Assembly: GCA_022072055.1 (NCBI GenBank)
Contig: JAJVIK010000008.1
Coordinates: 141,980 to 205,979 of the forward strand
DNA from: a bacterium
GTDB lineage: Bacteria; Hinthialibacterota; Hinthialibacteria; OLB16
Reading direction: 5' to 3'
DNA length: 64,000 bases
The notes beneath the pieces were generated by a model, which was not told the origin of the DNA, ran no database searches, and saw only the letters and a list, made by a program, of their open reading frames with translations. The stretch's first letter is position 1, and the number at the start of each line of letters is the position of its first letter. The translations under genes were made by a program, and so were the position numbers. This document shows, piece after piece, positions 55,092 to 64,000 of the stretch.

Positions 55092-56816
55092 ATGGTGAGG
55101 TTTCGCTTTCTTCCGACCGGTCGAGTGGGGGTCCACTTTGTTTACTCCAAGGATCGCGTCGACGCGATTCGAAGACTTCCCGACCGGGTTTGGAACAAGG
55201 AGGACGAGGAGTGGATTGTGCCGCTCTCCTCGCTCGGCCAGGTCGCGGAGCTTCTGGAAGTCCCCTTTGAAAATGTGCCCAAGACCATTCGCGACGCCTT
55301 CCAGCGCGCCGGTTCGGGCAAGACCCTCCTGCTGGTGGATAACACCTACACCCGAATCGAAGGCTCCGATCTTCCGATGGAAGTCCTGGAAAAGGCGACG
55401 AGCTTCTGGGTGGATGGAGCGGAGTATTCGAAGCTCTATCAGGATGGACGCTGGGATGGCCACCGGAGGCTGATGCGCAAGCGCGCCGGGCTTTCCTTTC
55501 CAACCGGCCTGCTCGCCTCAATTGAAAAGGTTCTGCGTGAAGCGGGCCATGATTTCGAGGTTCAAGACCTCCGCACCTTGCCCTCGGACACTGTTCCGAT
55601 CACGGCCCATGGTCCCGCGCCGCGCGATTACCAGGAGAAGACGCTGCGAAAGATCGCGGAGTGTGAGCGTGGAGTGCTGCAGCTCGCAACCGGCGCGGGG
55701 AAAACCTTGATCGGGGCGCGCTCGATCGCCGCGCGCGGGGCGCGTTCGATCTTCTTTGTCCACACCAAGGACCTTCTCTATCAGGCGATCCGCGTGTTCG
55801 AGTCGGTTCTCCAAATTCCCATCGGGCAAGTTGGGGATGGGCGCGCGGATGTTCAGCGGGTGACCGTGGCCACGATCCAGACCGCGGCGCGCGTGCTGAA
55901 TGTCAAACTCAAGAAGGAAATCTCGGATGAGGTTCCGATCTGGAAGGATGAAGCCGGGCAGCGTCTTTCCCCAGAGGAAGTCGAAGCGGCCTCGCGGGCG
56001 CTGGAGTCCGCCGAAATGGTGATCTTCGATGAGTGCCACCATCTTCCCGCGGATAGCTTCTACGAGATTGCGATGCGCCTTCCCAACGCGTATTACCGTT
56101 ACGGGTTGTCGGCCACTCCGTGGCGCTCCGACCACGCCGATCTGATGATCGAGGCCGCGCTTGGGCCGAAGCTGTGCACGGTCAATTCCACCGATCTCAT
56201 CCGTCGCGGGTACCTGGTCCCGCCCAAGATCACCATGTATGAGGTGCTCCCCTCCGGGAAACGCATGGTGCGCGATTACCGCAAGGTTTATCAAAACGAG
56301 GTCGTGGAACATCCCGAGCGCAACGCCCTGATCGCCGAGGTGGCCGAGCATTCGGCGCTGCGAGGGCGGTCGGTTCTTATCCTGGTTTCACAGGTGAAGC
56401 ATGGAAAGCAGCTCGAGGAGACGATTCCCGGCTCGGTTTTCATTCATGGCGGGGACACCAGCGAGACCCGCAACCTTGCGCTGGAGCAGCTGCGCCAAAA
56501 ATCGCATCCGATACTGATCGCCACCACGCTGGCGGACGAGGGGCTTGATCTGCCCTCGCTGGATGTCTTGATTCTCGCCGCCGCGGGCAAGAGCGAAACC
56601 CGCGCCCTGCAACGGGTGGGTCGCGCGCTGAGGCCCTATCCCGGGAAGAAGACGGCGGTCATCGTGGACTTTTGGGACCAGGCGCTGTATCTCGAGGAGC
56701 ACAGCCGCCGGCGGTACGAGATCTACCGCACCGAACCTTCTTTTGATGTGGACATCCGTCCTCCCCGGAAGCCCGGCAAGACCGGATCCCGGCAGAGGAT
56801 CCTCGCCGAGAATTGA
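55092..56816 (+). CDS. superfamily 2 DEAH-box helicase, XPB/Ssl2(ERCC3)-ResIII-like
   Basis: 574 aa. Walker A ATGAGKTLIG. Motif II DECHH. Motif III GLSATPWRSD. Motif VI QRVGRALR. N-terminal about 150 aa is damage-recognition-like. C-terminal basic tail. Confidence 0.82.
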   Translation: MVRFRFLPTGRVGVHFVYSKDRVDAIRRLPDRVWNKEDEEWIVPLSSLGQVAELLEVPFENVPKTIRDAFQRAGSGKTLLLVDNTYTRIEGSDLPMEVLEKATSFWVDGAEYSKLYQDGRWDGHRRLMRKRAGLSFPTGLLASIEKVLREAGHDFEVQDLRTLPSDTVPITAHGPAPRDYQEKTLRKIAECERGVLQLATGAGKTLIGARSIAARGARSIFFVHTKDLLYQAIRVFESVLQIPIGQVGDGRADVQRVTVATIQTAARVLNVKLKKEISDEVPIWKDEAGQRLSPEEVEAASRALESAEMVIFDECHHLPADSFYEIAMRLPNAYYRYGLSATPWRSDHADLMIEAALGPKLCTVNSTDLIRRGYLVPPKITMYEVLPSGKRMVRDYRKVYQNEVVEHPERNALIAEVAEHSALRGRSVLILVSQVKHGKQLEETIPGSVFIHGGDTSETRNLALEQLRQKSHPILIATTLADEGLDLPSLDVLILAAAGKSETRALQRVGRALRPYPGKKTAVIVDFWDQALYLEEHSRRRYEIYRTEPSFDVDIRPPRKPGKTGSRQRILAEN

Positions 56817-58027
56817 GAGCTCAAGCGCTAGTCCTTTTTCTGATCTCCTGGCTGTTCTTCACCACCCTTCATCCGGGGAAACCGCTCACCGTGGACAGCA
56901 AGGTCACGCTCGACACGGTCCGCGCGATGGCGCGCGGTGGGCTGGCGATTCCGGAGGAGTTTGTCACGCGCGTGGGGCGGGATGGAAAGCACTACAGCCT
57001 CTATGGTCCGCTGCTCCCGGTTGTGTCCCTTCCGGGGTACTTCCTCGGCTGCTTGTTGGATAAAGACCCGCCGGAGCCTGGGGAACCGCGCATGGGCTGG
57101 GGAGACCGCTTCGCGTTGGCCACCAACCAATGGGTTTCGGCTGGGATTGTGACCTTGCTTTTCCTGACCGCGCTCGAATTCGGCGCCGGCGCTCGTGCCG
57201 CCCTGCTCCTTGCCGGGCTCTCGGCCGTCTCCACAATGATTTTCCCTTACAGCCGGGATTACTTCACGCAGCCGCTCGCGGCGCTGATGCTGCTCGCCGC
57301 CTTCCACGCGCTGCTTTCCTTTGGGCGGAGAGAGCGCCGGAGGCTCTTGTTCGCGTCATCGACCGCCATGGGGTGTGCGTTGCTCACCCGGCTCGACATG
57401 GCGGCGGCGCTGTCGGGGCTGTTGTGGATTGGAGTCGCGGTGCAACGCTGTCCGCGAGACGGCGCGGGACAGCGCGGAGTGAAGCTCGCGCCGCTTTTGG
57501 GTCCGATGCTTGCTTGCGCGCTCGCGCTTCTCCTTTTCGACTGGGTCCGTTGGGGGGGACTGTTTGGCGCGCCTTACGGCACGCAGCGATTTGACACCCC
57601 GCTGATCGATTCGGTTCCCAAGCTGCTTTTCGGCGCGGACCTTTCAGTCTTCCTCTATAATCCGCTGCTGATCGCCTCGGGAATTGCCATGTCGTTCACC
57701 TGGCGAGAGAAGCGCCATCTTTGGGTGGGAATTCTGCTTTCGGCCCTCGCTTACCTCTACATCGTGGCGAAGTACAACGACTACCATGGGGGACTGTGCC
57801 CGGGTCCGCGATACCTGCTTTCCCTCGTCCCGCTGAGCCTCGCGCCCCTTGGGGAGGCCCTCGCCCAGCGACGCCCGCATCGCCCCTATGTGTTCTTCGG
57901 AATAGTTGTCTTGGCCACGCCCGGAATTCTGATCAACGGCTACTCCGCGGTGGTGGATTACACTCAAGCCCCAGCGGCGTGGTATTTCTGGGTCGGCAAG
58001 GTCGCTGAAATCCTTTCCAACCGGTAG
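56813..58027 (+). CDS. integral membrane protein, probable GT-C-type glycosyltransferase (unknown family)
   Basis: 404 aa, about 10 TM helices. Start overlaps the helicase stop (ATGA). Composition and topology resemble GT-C mannosyl/arabinosyltransferases. No catalytic motif was confidently identified. Confidence 0.45.
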   Translation: MRAQALVLFLISWLFFTTLHPGKPLTVDSKVTLDTVRAMARGGLAIPEEFVTRVGRDGKHYSLYGPLLPVVSLPGYFLGCLLDKDPPEPGEPRMGWGDRFALATNQWVSAGIVTLLFLTALEFGAGARAALLLAGLSAVSTMIFPYSRDYFTQPLAALMLLAAFHALLSFGRRERRRLLFASSTAMGCALLTRLDMAAALSGLLWIGVAVQRCPRDGAGQRGVKLAPLLGPMLACALALLLFDWVRWGGLFGAPYGTQRFDTPLIDSVPKLLFGADLSVFLYNPLLIASGIAMSFTWREKRHLWVGILLSALAYLYIVAKYNDYHGGLCPGPRYLLSLVPLSLAPLGEALAQRRPHRPYVFFGIVVLATPGILINGYSAVVDYTQAPAAWYFWVGKVAEILSNR

Positions 58028-58052
58028 GGCCTCTGTTAGCCTCGGTCCGCCG

Positions 58053-59651
58053 ATGCCAACCATCGAAAGCCACGGTTCCGCCGCGCCTGTCCCGGTTCCG
58101 CCCATTTCGGATGAGGACGGGGAATTCGAGGCGCTCCCACCCATTCCGGTCCAGGCCTTGAAGCAACCCTCCGGCCCACCGGATGAACCGCCCATCGTGG
58201 ATGAAACGACGGGGCGGGCTTGGCAGCCTCGTCTCCTACTCCTCTTGATCCTTTTGGGATTCGGACTACGCATGGCTTATGTCCGCCAGATCGACACCCC
58301 TCCCTTCTCGGACATGGCGGACTACGAGGCGATGGCGCTGAACCTGCTCGAGGGGCGTGGGCTGATCATGTCGGATCTTTACAAGGCCTACCGCCCTCCG
58401 CTCTACCCTCTGATGATCGCTGGAGTTTACAGATTCTTCGGGACACGACCCGATTCGGTTCTATTGATTCAGTGCGTTCTGAGCGCTTTGACCGTGGCGC
58501 TCGCGTACTTGTTCACTTTCCACCTTTTCCAGCTCAGGGAACGTGGACGTCAGGCTCCCCAGGAAGGACCGACTCCGGGCGCCGTGGCGATTCGCGCTCG
58601 GAGCATCGCCTTGGTCGCGGCCGCCCTGCTGTGTTTCGAGGAGGCAACCATCTTTTTCTGCGGCCAGCTGCTGACGGAAACCCTGTTCACCTTCCTGTTC
58701 GTGACGTGGGCCTATCTCACGGTGAAAGGGGCCACTCGGCCCAGCCTGGGATGGGCGACGCTGATCGGGATAGTCGGCGGGGCCGCGATCCTCACTCGTC
58801 CGAACTTCGCGCCGCTGGTCTTGGCGGGGGCGTACTGGTTTTTCCTTCGCAGCCGCCGCCACTTTTCGCCCCCGCCCCCAGATTGGCATCGTTTCAGCTT
58901 TATCGAGTCTCCCTACGCCCCTCCCCTGGTCATGGTCACCTACGCGTTCCTCGTGGTTTCGCTCTGGACCATCCGGAATCAGACCGTGCTTGATCAGTTC
59001 GTCCTGGTCAGCACCAACGGGGGAGTGAATTTCTACCTGGGGCACCATGAAGATTTCGGATATGCCTCGTTCGGGGACAAGGAGGGCATCCGCATGCGCC
59101 TGCGCGAGCGCGGCTCGTACGATGAAGTCCTCGAGAGCAAAATCTTCACCCTGATCGGACTCCAATTCATCCGGAGTCATCCCTGGGAAACGGTGAAAAA
59201 CACTTTTAAGAAAGTCTATTATCTTTATCTCGCCCCCGCGACCGCCTTGAGCGCGGTGGAACCTTGGACGTGGTGGAGTTATCTGGATTGTCCCTATCGA
59301 CCCTGGCCATGGGAAACCCAGCGCCGTCAGCTCCGCTTCTGGCCGGTCTTTGACTCGCAAGGGGAGAAGGTGATGCCGACTTACAAGGAGCCGTTCTGGC
59401 GCGAGGGGCGTCTCCCTCTGGTGTTCTGGGGCTGGCCACTGATCTACCTGTCGATGGCCGGCATGATCTGGTGCTTGGCGCGGCGCGAGACCACCGGATT
59501 TCTCTTCCTGGTCATCCTGGTCTACACACTGATGCTGCTGGTATATTTCACAAACGCCCGCTTTCGCGCGCCGCTTCTTCCCTTTCTGTTCCCCTTCGCG
59601 GCCTACACCCTGGTCGAGGCAACACGAAAGCTGCGTGGAAAAACCGCATGA
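58053..59651 (+). CDS. ArnT/PMT-family (GT39/GT83-like) membrane glycosyltransferase
   Basis: 532 aa. First periplasmic loop with DMADYEAMALNL...YRPPLYPLMIAGVYRFFG, typical of the 4-amino-4-deoxy-L-arabinose transferase / dolichyl-phosphate-mannose mannosyltransferase family. Multi-TM. Confidence 0.7.
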   Translation: MPTIESHGSAAPVPVPPISDEDGEFEALPPIPVQALKQPSGPPDEPPIVDETTGRAWQPRLLLLLILLGFGLRMAYVRQIDTPPFSDMADYEAMALNLLEGRGLIMSDLYKAYRPPLYPLMIAGVYRFFGTRPDSVLLIQCVLSALTVALAYLFTFHLFQLRERGRQAPQEGPTPGAVAIRARSIALVAAALLCFEEATIFFCGQLLTETLFTFLFVTWAYLTVKGATRPSLGWATLIGIVGGAAILTRPNFAPLVLAGAYWFFLRSRRHFSPPPPDWHRFSFIESPYAPPLVMVTYAFLVVSLWTIRNQTVLDQFVLVSTNGGVNFYLGHHEDFGYASFGDKEGIRMRLRERGSYDEVLESKIFTLIGLQFIRSHPWETVKNTFKKVYYLYLAPATALSAVEPWTWWSYLDCPYRPWPWETQRRQLRFWPVFDSQGEKVMPTYKEPFWREGRLPLVFWGWPLIYLSMAGMIWCLARRETTGFLFLVILVYTLMLLVYFTNARFRAPLLPFLFPFAAYTLVEATRKLRGKTA

Positions 59652-60640
59652 ACCACGACACGCGCACATCCGCGACGAACGGACGAATCGAATCCCTCGA
59701 TCAGCTCCGGGGTTACACCATCTTCGGAATGATCCTGGTGAATTTCCTGGGAAACTTCCGCTCCATGCCCGAGCTGTTTCGGCACCACCGGGAATCCTAT
59801 TCGTACGCCGACACCATCGCTCCCTTGTTCTTGTTCATTGTGGGAATGGGTTTCCGACTTTCGTTCCAGCGGCGAGTGGCCAAGGAAGGAATCACCGCGG
59901 CGCGATGGGCTTCCGCCAAGCGCTATTCAATCCTGATTCTGATCGGCGTGGTGGTGTACAACCCTTTTGAGTGGCGAGACTGGTGGGACGCGCTGGTGGA
60001 CATCGGTTTTTCGGGCCTGCTTGCCCTGCCCTTTATCGACAAGAGCGCCCGCGTGCGACTCGCCGCCGCCTGGGGATACCTGTTGCTCTATCAGGCGCTC
60101 TTCACCTGGTCCCCATACGGGGCGAACCAGATGACCGGAAACGGTTTCATCGACGGCGGCCCACTGGGTCCGCTGAGTTGGGTCTTCAATCTGCTGTTGG
60201 GCACTCTCGCTTATGACTGGATCGAGTCCGGAATGGGAGCGGCGCTATTAAAGCGGGCGCTTGCGTGGGGGTTGGCGCTCTCCCTGCTCGGTGTCGCGTT
60301 TCACCTGGAGTGGCCCGGAATAAAGAGCGCATGGCCCTTTTCACAACGGTACATGACCATGCCCTACACCTTGCTTTCCACCGGACTTGCCTTTTTCGCA
60401 TTCGCTTCTTTTCACTGGCTCTGCGATATCAAACGAGGGCGGCTCCCACATCTCACGGTCCTTGGGATGAACCCGCTTGTGATCTATATCTTTCACATGC
60501 TGCTCATGGGGGCGCAGCGGGATTGGATCGAGAGGGGAGCCCCGGCTTGGAAGGCGCTGGGACTGTTCGCCTGCTTCTACCTGATCTGCTATGCCGTGGC
60601 CTGGCGGCTCCATAAGGACAAGGCAATCATCAAGATCTAG
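59648..60640 (+). CDS. DUF1624/DUF5009 (HGSNAT-like) membrane acyltransferase family protein
   Basis: Start ATG 59648 overlaps the ArnT-like stop (ATGA). RIESLDQLRGYTIFGMILVNF matches the conserved N-terminal motif of heparan-alpha-glucosaminide N-acetyltransferase-like / DUF1624 proteins. Multi-TM. Confidence 0.58.
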   Translation: MNHDTRTSATNGRIESLDQLRGYTIFGMILVNFLGNFRSMPELFRHHRESYSYADTIAPLFLFIVGMGFRLSFQRRVAKEGITAARWASAKRYSILILIGVVVYNPFEWRDWWDALVDIGFSGLLALPFIDKSARVRLAAAWGYLLLYQALFTWSPYGANQMTGNGFIDGGPLGPLSWVFNLLLGTLAYDWIESGMGAALLKRALAWGLALSLLGVAFHLEWPGIKSAWPFSQRYMTMPYTLLSTGLAFFAFASFHWLCDIKRGRLPHLTVLGMNPLVIYIFHMLLMGAQRDWIERGAPAWKALGLFACFYLICYAVAWRLHKDKAIIKI

Positions 60641-60664
60641 CGCAGGTTTCCGTTGGCTGTCGCA

Positions 60665-60745
60665 CCTGGAGGGACACGCTCTGTCGTGTCCGGGCGCGAG
60701 GGACCGCGCCCCTCCAACGCTACACGCGAGCGAGGACTGCTCAAT
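60665..60745. repeat. REP-like palindromic intergenic element, copy B
   Basis: CTGGAGGGACACGCTCTGTCGTGTCC (hairpin GGACACG / CGTGTCC) ... GAGGGACCGCGCCCCTCCAACGCTACACGCGAGCGAGG. Homologous to the element at 17172-17265. Also sits in a convergent intergenic region. Confidence 0.5.
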
Positions 60746-60747
60746 GC

Positions 60748-61248
60748 TCAGACATACTCTCGGCTTCGCGAAAGCCACCAACCCAATCCGGCCGCCACGG
60801 CCACTCCCAGCAGAGACCAGTTGAAGTGTTGCGCGTTGCGCGCGAGTTCCGCGCGGGAAAGCCGGGCCTTGGTTTCACTCGCTGTCGGCGCGGCAAGCCC
60901 GGCTTCGCTCTTGACCTTGGCGAGAGTGGCGGGCCAGTCCCCCTTCTCAAACTCCTCGCGGGAAATCTTGCCCTCGGCGATCACCTCGCCGCGCTTGCCG
61001 GGCTCGTCGCTCGCGCGCCGCACCTTGACGGTGACCGTTTCCTCGCGCTCCGACTGCTTGTTGAGGAATTCCTGGCGGGCCTTTTCCAGCGCGAGTTCGC
61101 GCGCGCGCAGGGTCTCCTCGAAGATCTTGTCCTCCTGGGCCTCCGAGCCGCCGGAGTGCTCGCGCGCGGCCCAGCCGCCACAGGCCATGCAGGCGAGCAA
61201 GGCTCCAACGAGCATCTGAGCAACGCGGACGGTTGATTGGGTTTTCAT
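60748..61248 (-). CDS. hypothetical exported protein (signal peptide, charged coiled-coil region, C-terminal TM)
   Basis: Start at MKTQSTVRVAQMLVGALLACMACGGWA (lipoprotein-like signal). The six-frame ORF extends to 61311. C-terminal LLGVAVAAGLGWWL TM. No known domain. Confidence 0.42.
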   Translation of the reverse strand: MKTQSTVRVAQMLVGALLACMACGGWAAREHSGGSEAQEDKIFEETLRARELALEKARQEFLNKQSEREETVTVKVRRASDEPGKRGEVIAEGKISREEFEKGDWPATLAKVKSEAGLAAPTASETKARLSRAELARNAQHFNWSLLGVAVAAGLGWWLSRSREYV

Positions 61249-61265
61249 GCGGACCTCCCGGTTTT

Positions 61266-62966
61266 TCATTGCTGAAGCCCGTAATCCAATGGATCGAGCT
61301 TCGAGACCCAATCTTCATAGGGTCCGTCCAGCCACACGGTCGGCTCGGCGTTGGCGGCCTTGGGCAGGTCGATATCGATGTAATATTCGCCTTCAGCCTT
61401 GGCGCGGTAGTCGTAATTTGCGTTGAAGGAGGTGTTGTACACACACCCCTCATCCCGGCACATCATCGCCCCGTTCAGGTGGAAGTTTTGAAAACGCCCC
61501 GCCATCAGATGGTTGGTGTAGATCAGACCATCGATGCGCTGAGAGCGATGGTTGCTGCGTCCGAAGAGGGTCTTGGCCAGGTTCGCCATGTTGGTGAAAT
61601 TGGTGTTCGACCAGGTGGATTCATAGCGCCTGCGGCTGGTCCCATCCTGTTTGAGGCCGCCGTCATAGGCGGTGTAATCCCCATTGTGGGTTGTGCCGTC
61701 CTCATCGGTGTAGGGTTTGGTGAAGGTGGGTTTGATGTAGTTCTTGACCACGCTCCAATCCGTGTCGTTGTAGTTTCCGACAATCACATTCCCGCGCGAG
61801 GCAAGACCCAGGAAATCGGCGTTGGCGTTGTGCTCCGCGTTGGCGTCGGGAGGCGCGCTCTCGGAGTGGTCGAAGATCGGCTGGTCGGTGTATCGTATGT
61901 CGCCGAGGACATGGATGTTGCGCTCGGCATAGATGGTCCCTTGCCCTTGAACATATCCGGTGATGGCGACATCGCCTCTCACGACCACCGGACCATCGAT
62001 GATGATGGGGTTGGTCGGGGTTCCGATCAGGAAGACCGGACCTTGAATGACATTGTTGAGGGTCACTCCGGGAACGGTCAGTCCGCCGATGGTCACCGTG
62101 CTGGTGCTGAGTTGCCCGTTCTTGTTCTGCGCCAGCGCTTCAAAGCGTGAGATATCGCTGAGGTAGGGCATTTCGAGGATGTCCTGCTCGGCGAACCGCT
62201 CCGAATCCCCCGCGAACCCGTATTCAAAGGGGGGATTGGTGGGACGCCAGTGGTTGGCGGCGTTGTTCCGATAGGTCGTGAGGTTGTCGGTCAGATAGGA
62301 TCCTGTCACCGTTCCGGCCGCGCCCACATCGGGGTTGACCGACCCGTACACATCGCCATTGACCTTTGGGCTGGACTGAAGGTCGAAATTGGCGTTGGCG
62401 CGCACCTCGCCGTTGGCGGTGATCGTGGAGCCCCAGAACCACCCGAAATTGTTGAGGAAATAGGTGTAATCGAAGATGGAGCTCTGGTCGTGACCGTAGC
62501 GCACGACGCGAGTGATTGCGCGCTCGACCGGGATCTCTCCGACTACGGTTCGCCCCTTGGCCTCGAAGACCACCAGGCGTTCATCGCTGTTTCCCGTGGT
62601 CATGATCCGGCGCGCGCGGACCGTGTAGGTGTCGCCATCCCCCCCGTAGGCCACATTCTCCTGGTCGAAATCCGTGTAATGCTGGTCGAGCCAAGCGACC
62701 CGCACGCTGGGGAGCGGGTTGGCGTTGAGGTAACCGATCCACGTCGCCTCGGCGGCGCGGTTGAGTCCCGATTCGGCGAGATACAAGGCGCGCGTGTGAT
62801 TGTAGTCGTCCTGAATGAGCTGGCTGTGAACGCTGAGCGAATGGAGCACGGCGGCGCTGAAGGCGCTGGCCACCAGCGCGAAGATCAGCACCCCCGCGAG
62901 CGCGATTCCGCGCTCCGCCGCTGAGTTCGGGCCGGATCTCCTTGTGGAAATGATGTGGTCTTGCAT
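61266..62966 (-). CDS. PilX-like type IV pilus minor pilin/assembly protein with large beta-rich C-terminal domain
   Basis: 566 aa. N-terminus ERGIALAGVLIFALVASAFSAAVLHSLSVHSQ...YLAESGLNRAAEA matches the PilX_N pattern (QRGxAL..hydrophobic helix...AEAG). Asn/Gly/Thr-rich C-terminal domain. Confidence 0.58.
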   Translation of the reverse strand: MQDHIISTRRSGPNSAAERGIALAGVLIFALVASAFSAAVLHSLSVHSQLIQDDYNHTRALYLAESGLNRAAEATWIGYLNANPLPSVRVAWLDQHYTDFDQENVAYGGDGDTYTVRARRIMTTGNSDERLVVFEAKGRTVVGEIPVERAITRVVRYGHDQSSIFDYTYFLNNFGWFWGSTITANGEVRANANFDLQSSPKVNGDVYGSVNPDVGAAGTVTGSYLTDNLTTYRNNAANHWRPTNPPFEYGFAGDSERFAEQDILEMPYLSDISRFEALAQNKNGQLSTSTVTIGGLTVPGVTLNNVIQGPVFLIGTPTNPIIIDGPVVVRGDVAITGYVQGQGTIYAERNIHVLGDIRYTDQPIFDHSESAPPDANAEHNANADFLGLASRGNVIVGNYNDTDWSVVKNYIKPTFTKPYTDEDGTTHNGDYTAYDGGLKQDGTSRRRYESTWSNTNFTNMANLAKTLFGRSNHRSQRIDGLIYTNHLMAGRFQNFHLNGAMMCRDEGCVYNTSFNANYDYRAKAEGEYYIDIDLPKAANAEPTVWLDGPYEDWVSKLDPLDYGLQQ

Positions 62967-62988
62967 CCCTTAGGCCTCCTCCATGGCG

Positions 62989-63555
62989 CTAATTGCTGGC
63001 TCCCAGGCGATTCTTGGGATTGTTGCGAACCGCGAAACTGGCGAGCATCTCACGCAGGGAATCCGGATCCCCGGAGTCATAGTGCATCGAAAGCTTGGCG
63101 AAGAGCGCGTGCCCCACGATCTCGAAATGGACCGACTCGATATTTCTGGAGAAAACCTCATACACATCGGGATTGTTGTAGTCGGGACGGTAGCGAAGCT
63201 CCTGGGTGTCGGCGTCGAGATAAAGCACCCCGCGCGTGTCGTCATCGGTGGTCTCCGGAGTCCAAACCACTTGATCGTCATGCCAAATGTAAAGCAGTGG
63301 CGAACCGCCTTGTGGTTGCTCCTCCACCTCGACCTTGGTGGATTCCATGACCTGGCGACCCAGTTTCTTGAGGGCATCCTGGTTGCGGTGACGGGTCTCC
63401 AATTGCAGCGCGGTGGTGCGCGCCGAGTAAGCGAAGCCCATGAGCGCGGTGGCGGCCAGGGCCAGCGCGAGCCCGGAGAGACCCGTGGCGATCAAGACCT
63501 CGGGGAGGGTGAATCCATGTTCGCGGTTACAGGGAGATGAGGCGCGCGCGATCAT
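62989..63555 (-). CDS. prepilin-type N-terminal cleavage/methylation domain protein (pseudopilin/minor pilin, PilW/GspJ-like)
   Basis: Start at MIARASSPCNREHGFTLPEVLIATGLSGLALALAATALMGF. GFTLPEVLIA is the class III signal peptide / N-methylation motif. The six-frame ORF extends to 63636. Confidence 0.7.
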   Translation of the reverse strand: MIARASSPCNREHGFTLPEVLIATGLSGLALALAATALMGFAYSARTTALQLETRHRNQDALKKLGRQVMESTKVEVEEQPQGGSPLLYIWHDDQVVWTPETTDDDTRGVLYLDADTQELRYRPDYNNPDVYEVFSRNIESVHFEIVGHALFAKLSMHYDSGDPDSLREMLASFAVRNNPKNRLGASN

Positions 63556-63571
63556 CGGGAACCCTCCAAGT

Positions 63572-64000
63572 TCAGTTCCACGGGAGCTGGCTGGAGGCCC
63601 GCTCGCTGAAATCCACCGTGTTTTCGCGCTCGACACGGTAGGTCGAGAGCGCGGTCTTTTCCCAATCCGCCGGTTCGGTCCCGTGGGGTCCCCAGGATGC
63701 TTCGATGGTGATCTTCTTCATCTGCGTGGTCGGGTGGGGGTCATCAAACCGGGTCCACAGGTCATGGAGACCAGCATCCTGGACATCTTCAACCGTGTTG
63801 GTGAAAAGCAGGTATCCGTCCACCTCGCCTTCAATGAATTCAAGCGTGGTGCCCACCGTGACATGCTCATAGTCCACGGTCAGCGCCTCTTCAAGGGTCC
63901 GCTGCACCATGAATAGGATCTTGGCGCGCTGGTCGATATCCCGCTGGATCGCGAGAGAGGTGGTGTATGTGGCGAAGATGCCCACGAAGGTGAGCGTGGT
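63572..64000 (-). CDS. pilin-like protein, partial (N-terminus lies beyond the window edge)
   Basis: The reading frame is open to the window edge. Translating the last 15 nt gives TTLTFVGIFATYTT..., a hydrophobic prepilin-type helix. Adjacent to two pilin-like genes on the same strand. Confidence 0.45.
   Translation of the reverse strand, partial: TTLTFVGIFATYTTSLAIQRDIDQRAKILFMVQRTLEEALTVDYEHVTVGTTLEFIEGEVDGYLLFTNTVEDVQDAGLHDLWTRFDDPHPTTQMKKITIEASWGPHGTEPADWEKTALSTYRVERENTVDFSERASSQLPWN

Noticed and set aside
58461-59669. 402-aa minus-strand ORF antisense to the ArnT-like gene
   Set aside because: Arg/Gly/Glu-rich, no TM pattern. The plus-strand gene has the PMT/ArnT loop motif.

Overview
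High-GC (~63-65%) bacterial chromosome segment with Verrucomicrobia/Planctomycetes-like gene content: many secreted proteins with PT-rich linkers and dockerin/EF-hand-like motifs, HAF repeats and GT-C membrane glycosyltransferases. Most of the window is housekeeping. Recognisable genes include groES-groEL, a hemH-hemA-hemN-hemE haem cluster, System II cytochrome c biogenesis (resB/ccsA) followed by NUDIX and nadC, nfeD-flotillin, a tri-haem cytochrome c peroxidase, mtnB, RNase D, a CHASE2 adenylate cyclase, an MFS transporter, a GH36 alpha-galactosidase and a DUF4038 glycosidase. Accessory-looking parts are: (1) a lower-GC secreted protein gene next to a nuclease-less MmeI-family N6-adenine DNA methyltransferase; (2) a ParD/ParE toxin-antitoxin pair, a ThuA-like gene, an AAA/DUF4143 ATPase, a truncated DUF1156 methylase remnant and a REP-like palindromic element that recurs about 43 kb away; (3) two tandem lower-GC HAF-repeat paralogues; (4) an AT-hook/HARE-HTH protein followed by an XPB-like SF2 helicase whose stop overlaps the start of a run of GT-C glycosyltransferase/acyltransferase membrane protein genes; (5) a type IV minor-pilin cluster (PilX-like plus pseudopilins) at the 3' edge. 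No rRNA, tRNA or CRISPR array was detected. Many long ORFs antisense to real genes are high-GC artefacts. All functional calls are from motif-level reading of the translations and have not been checked against databases.
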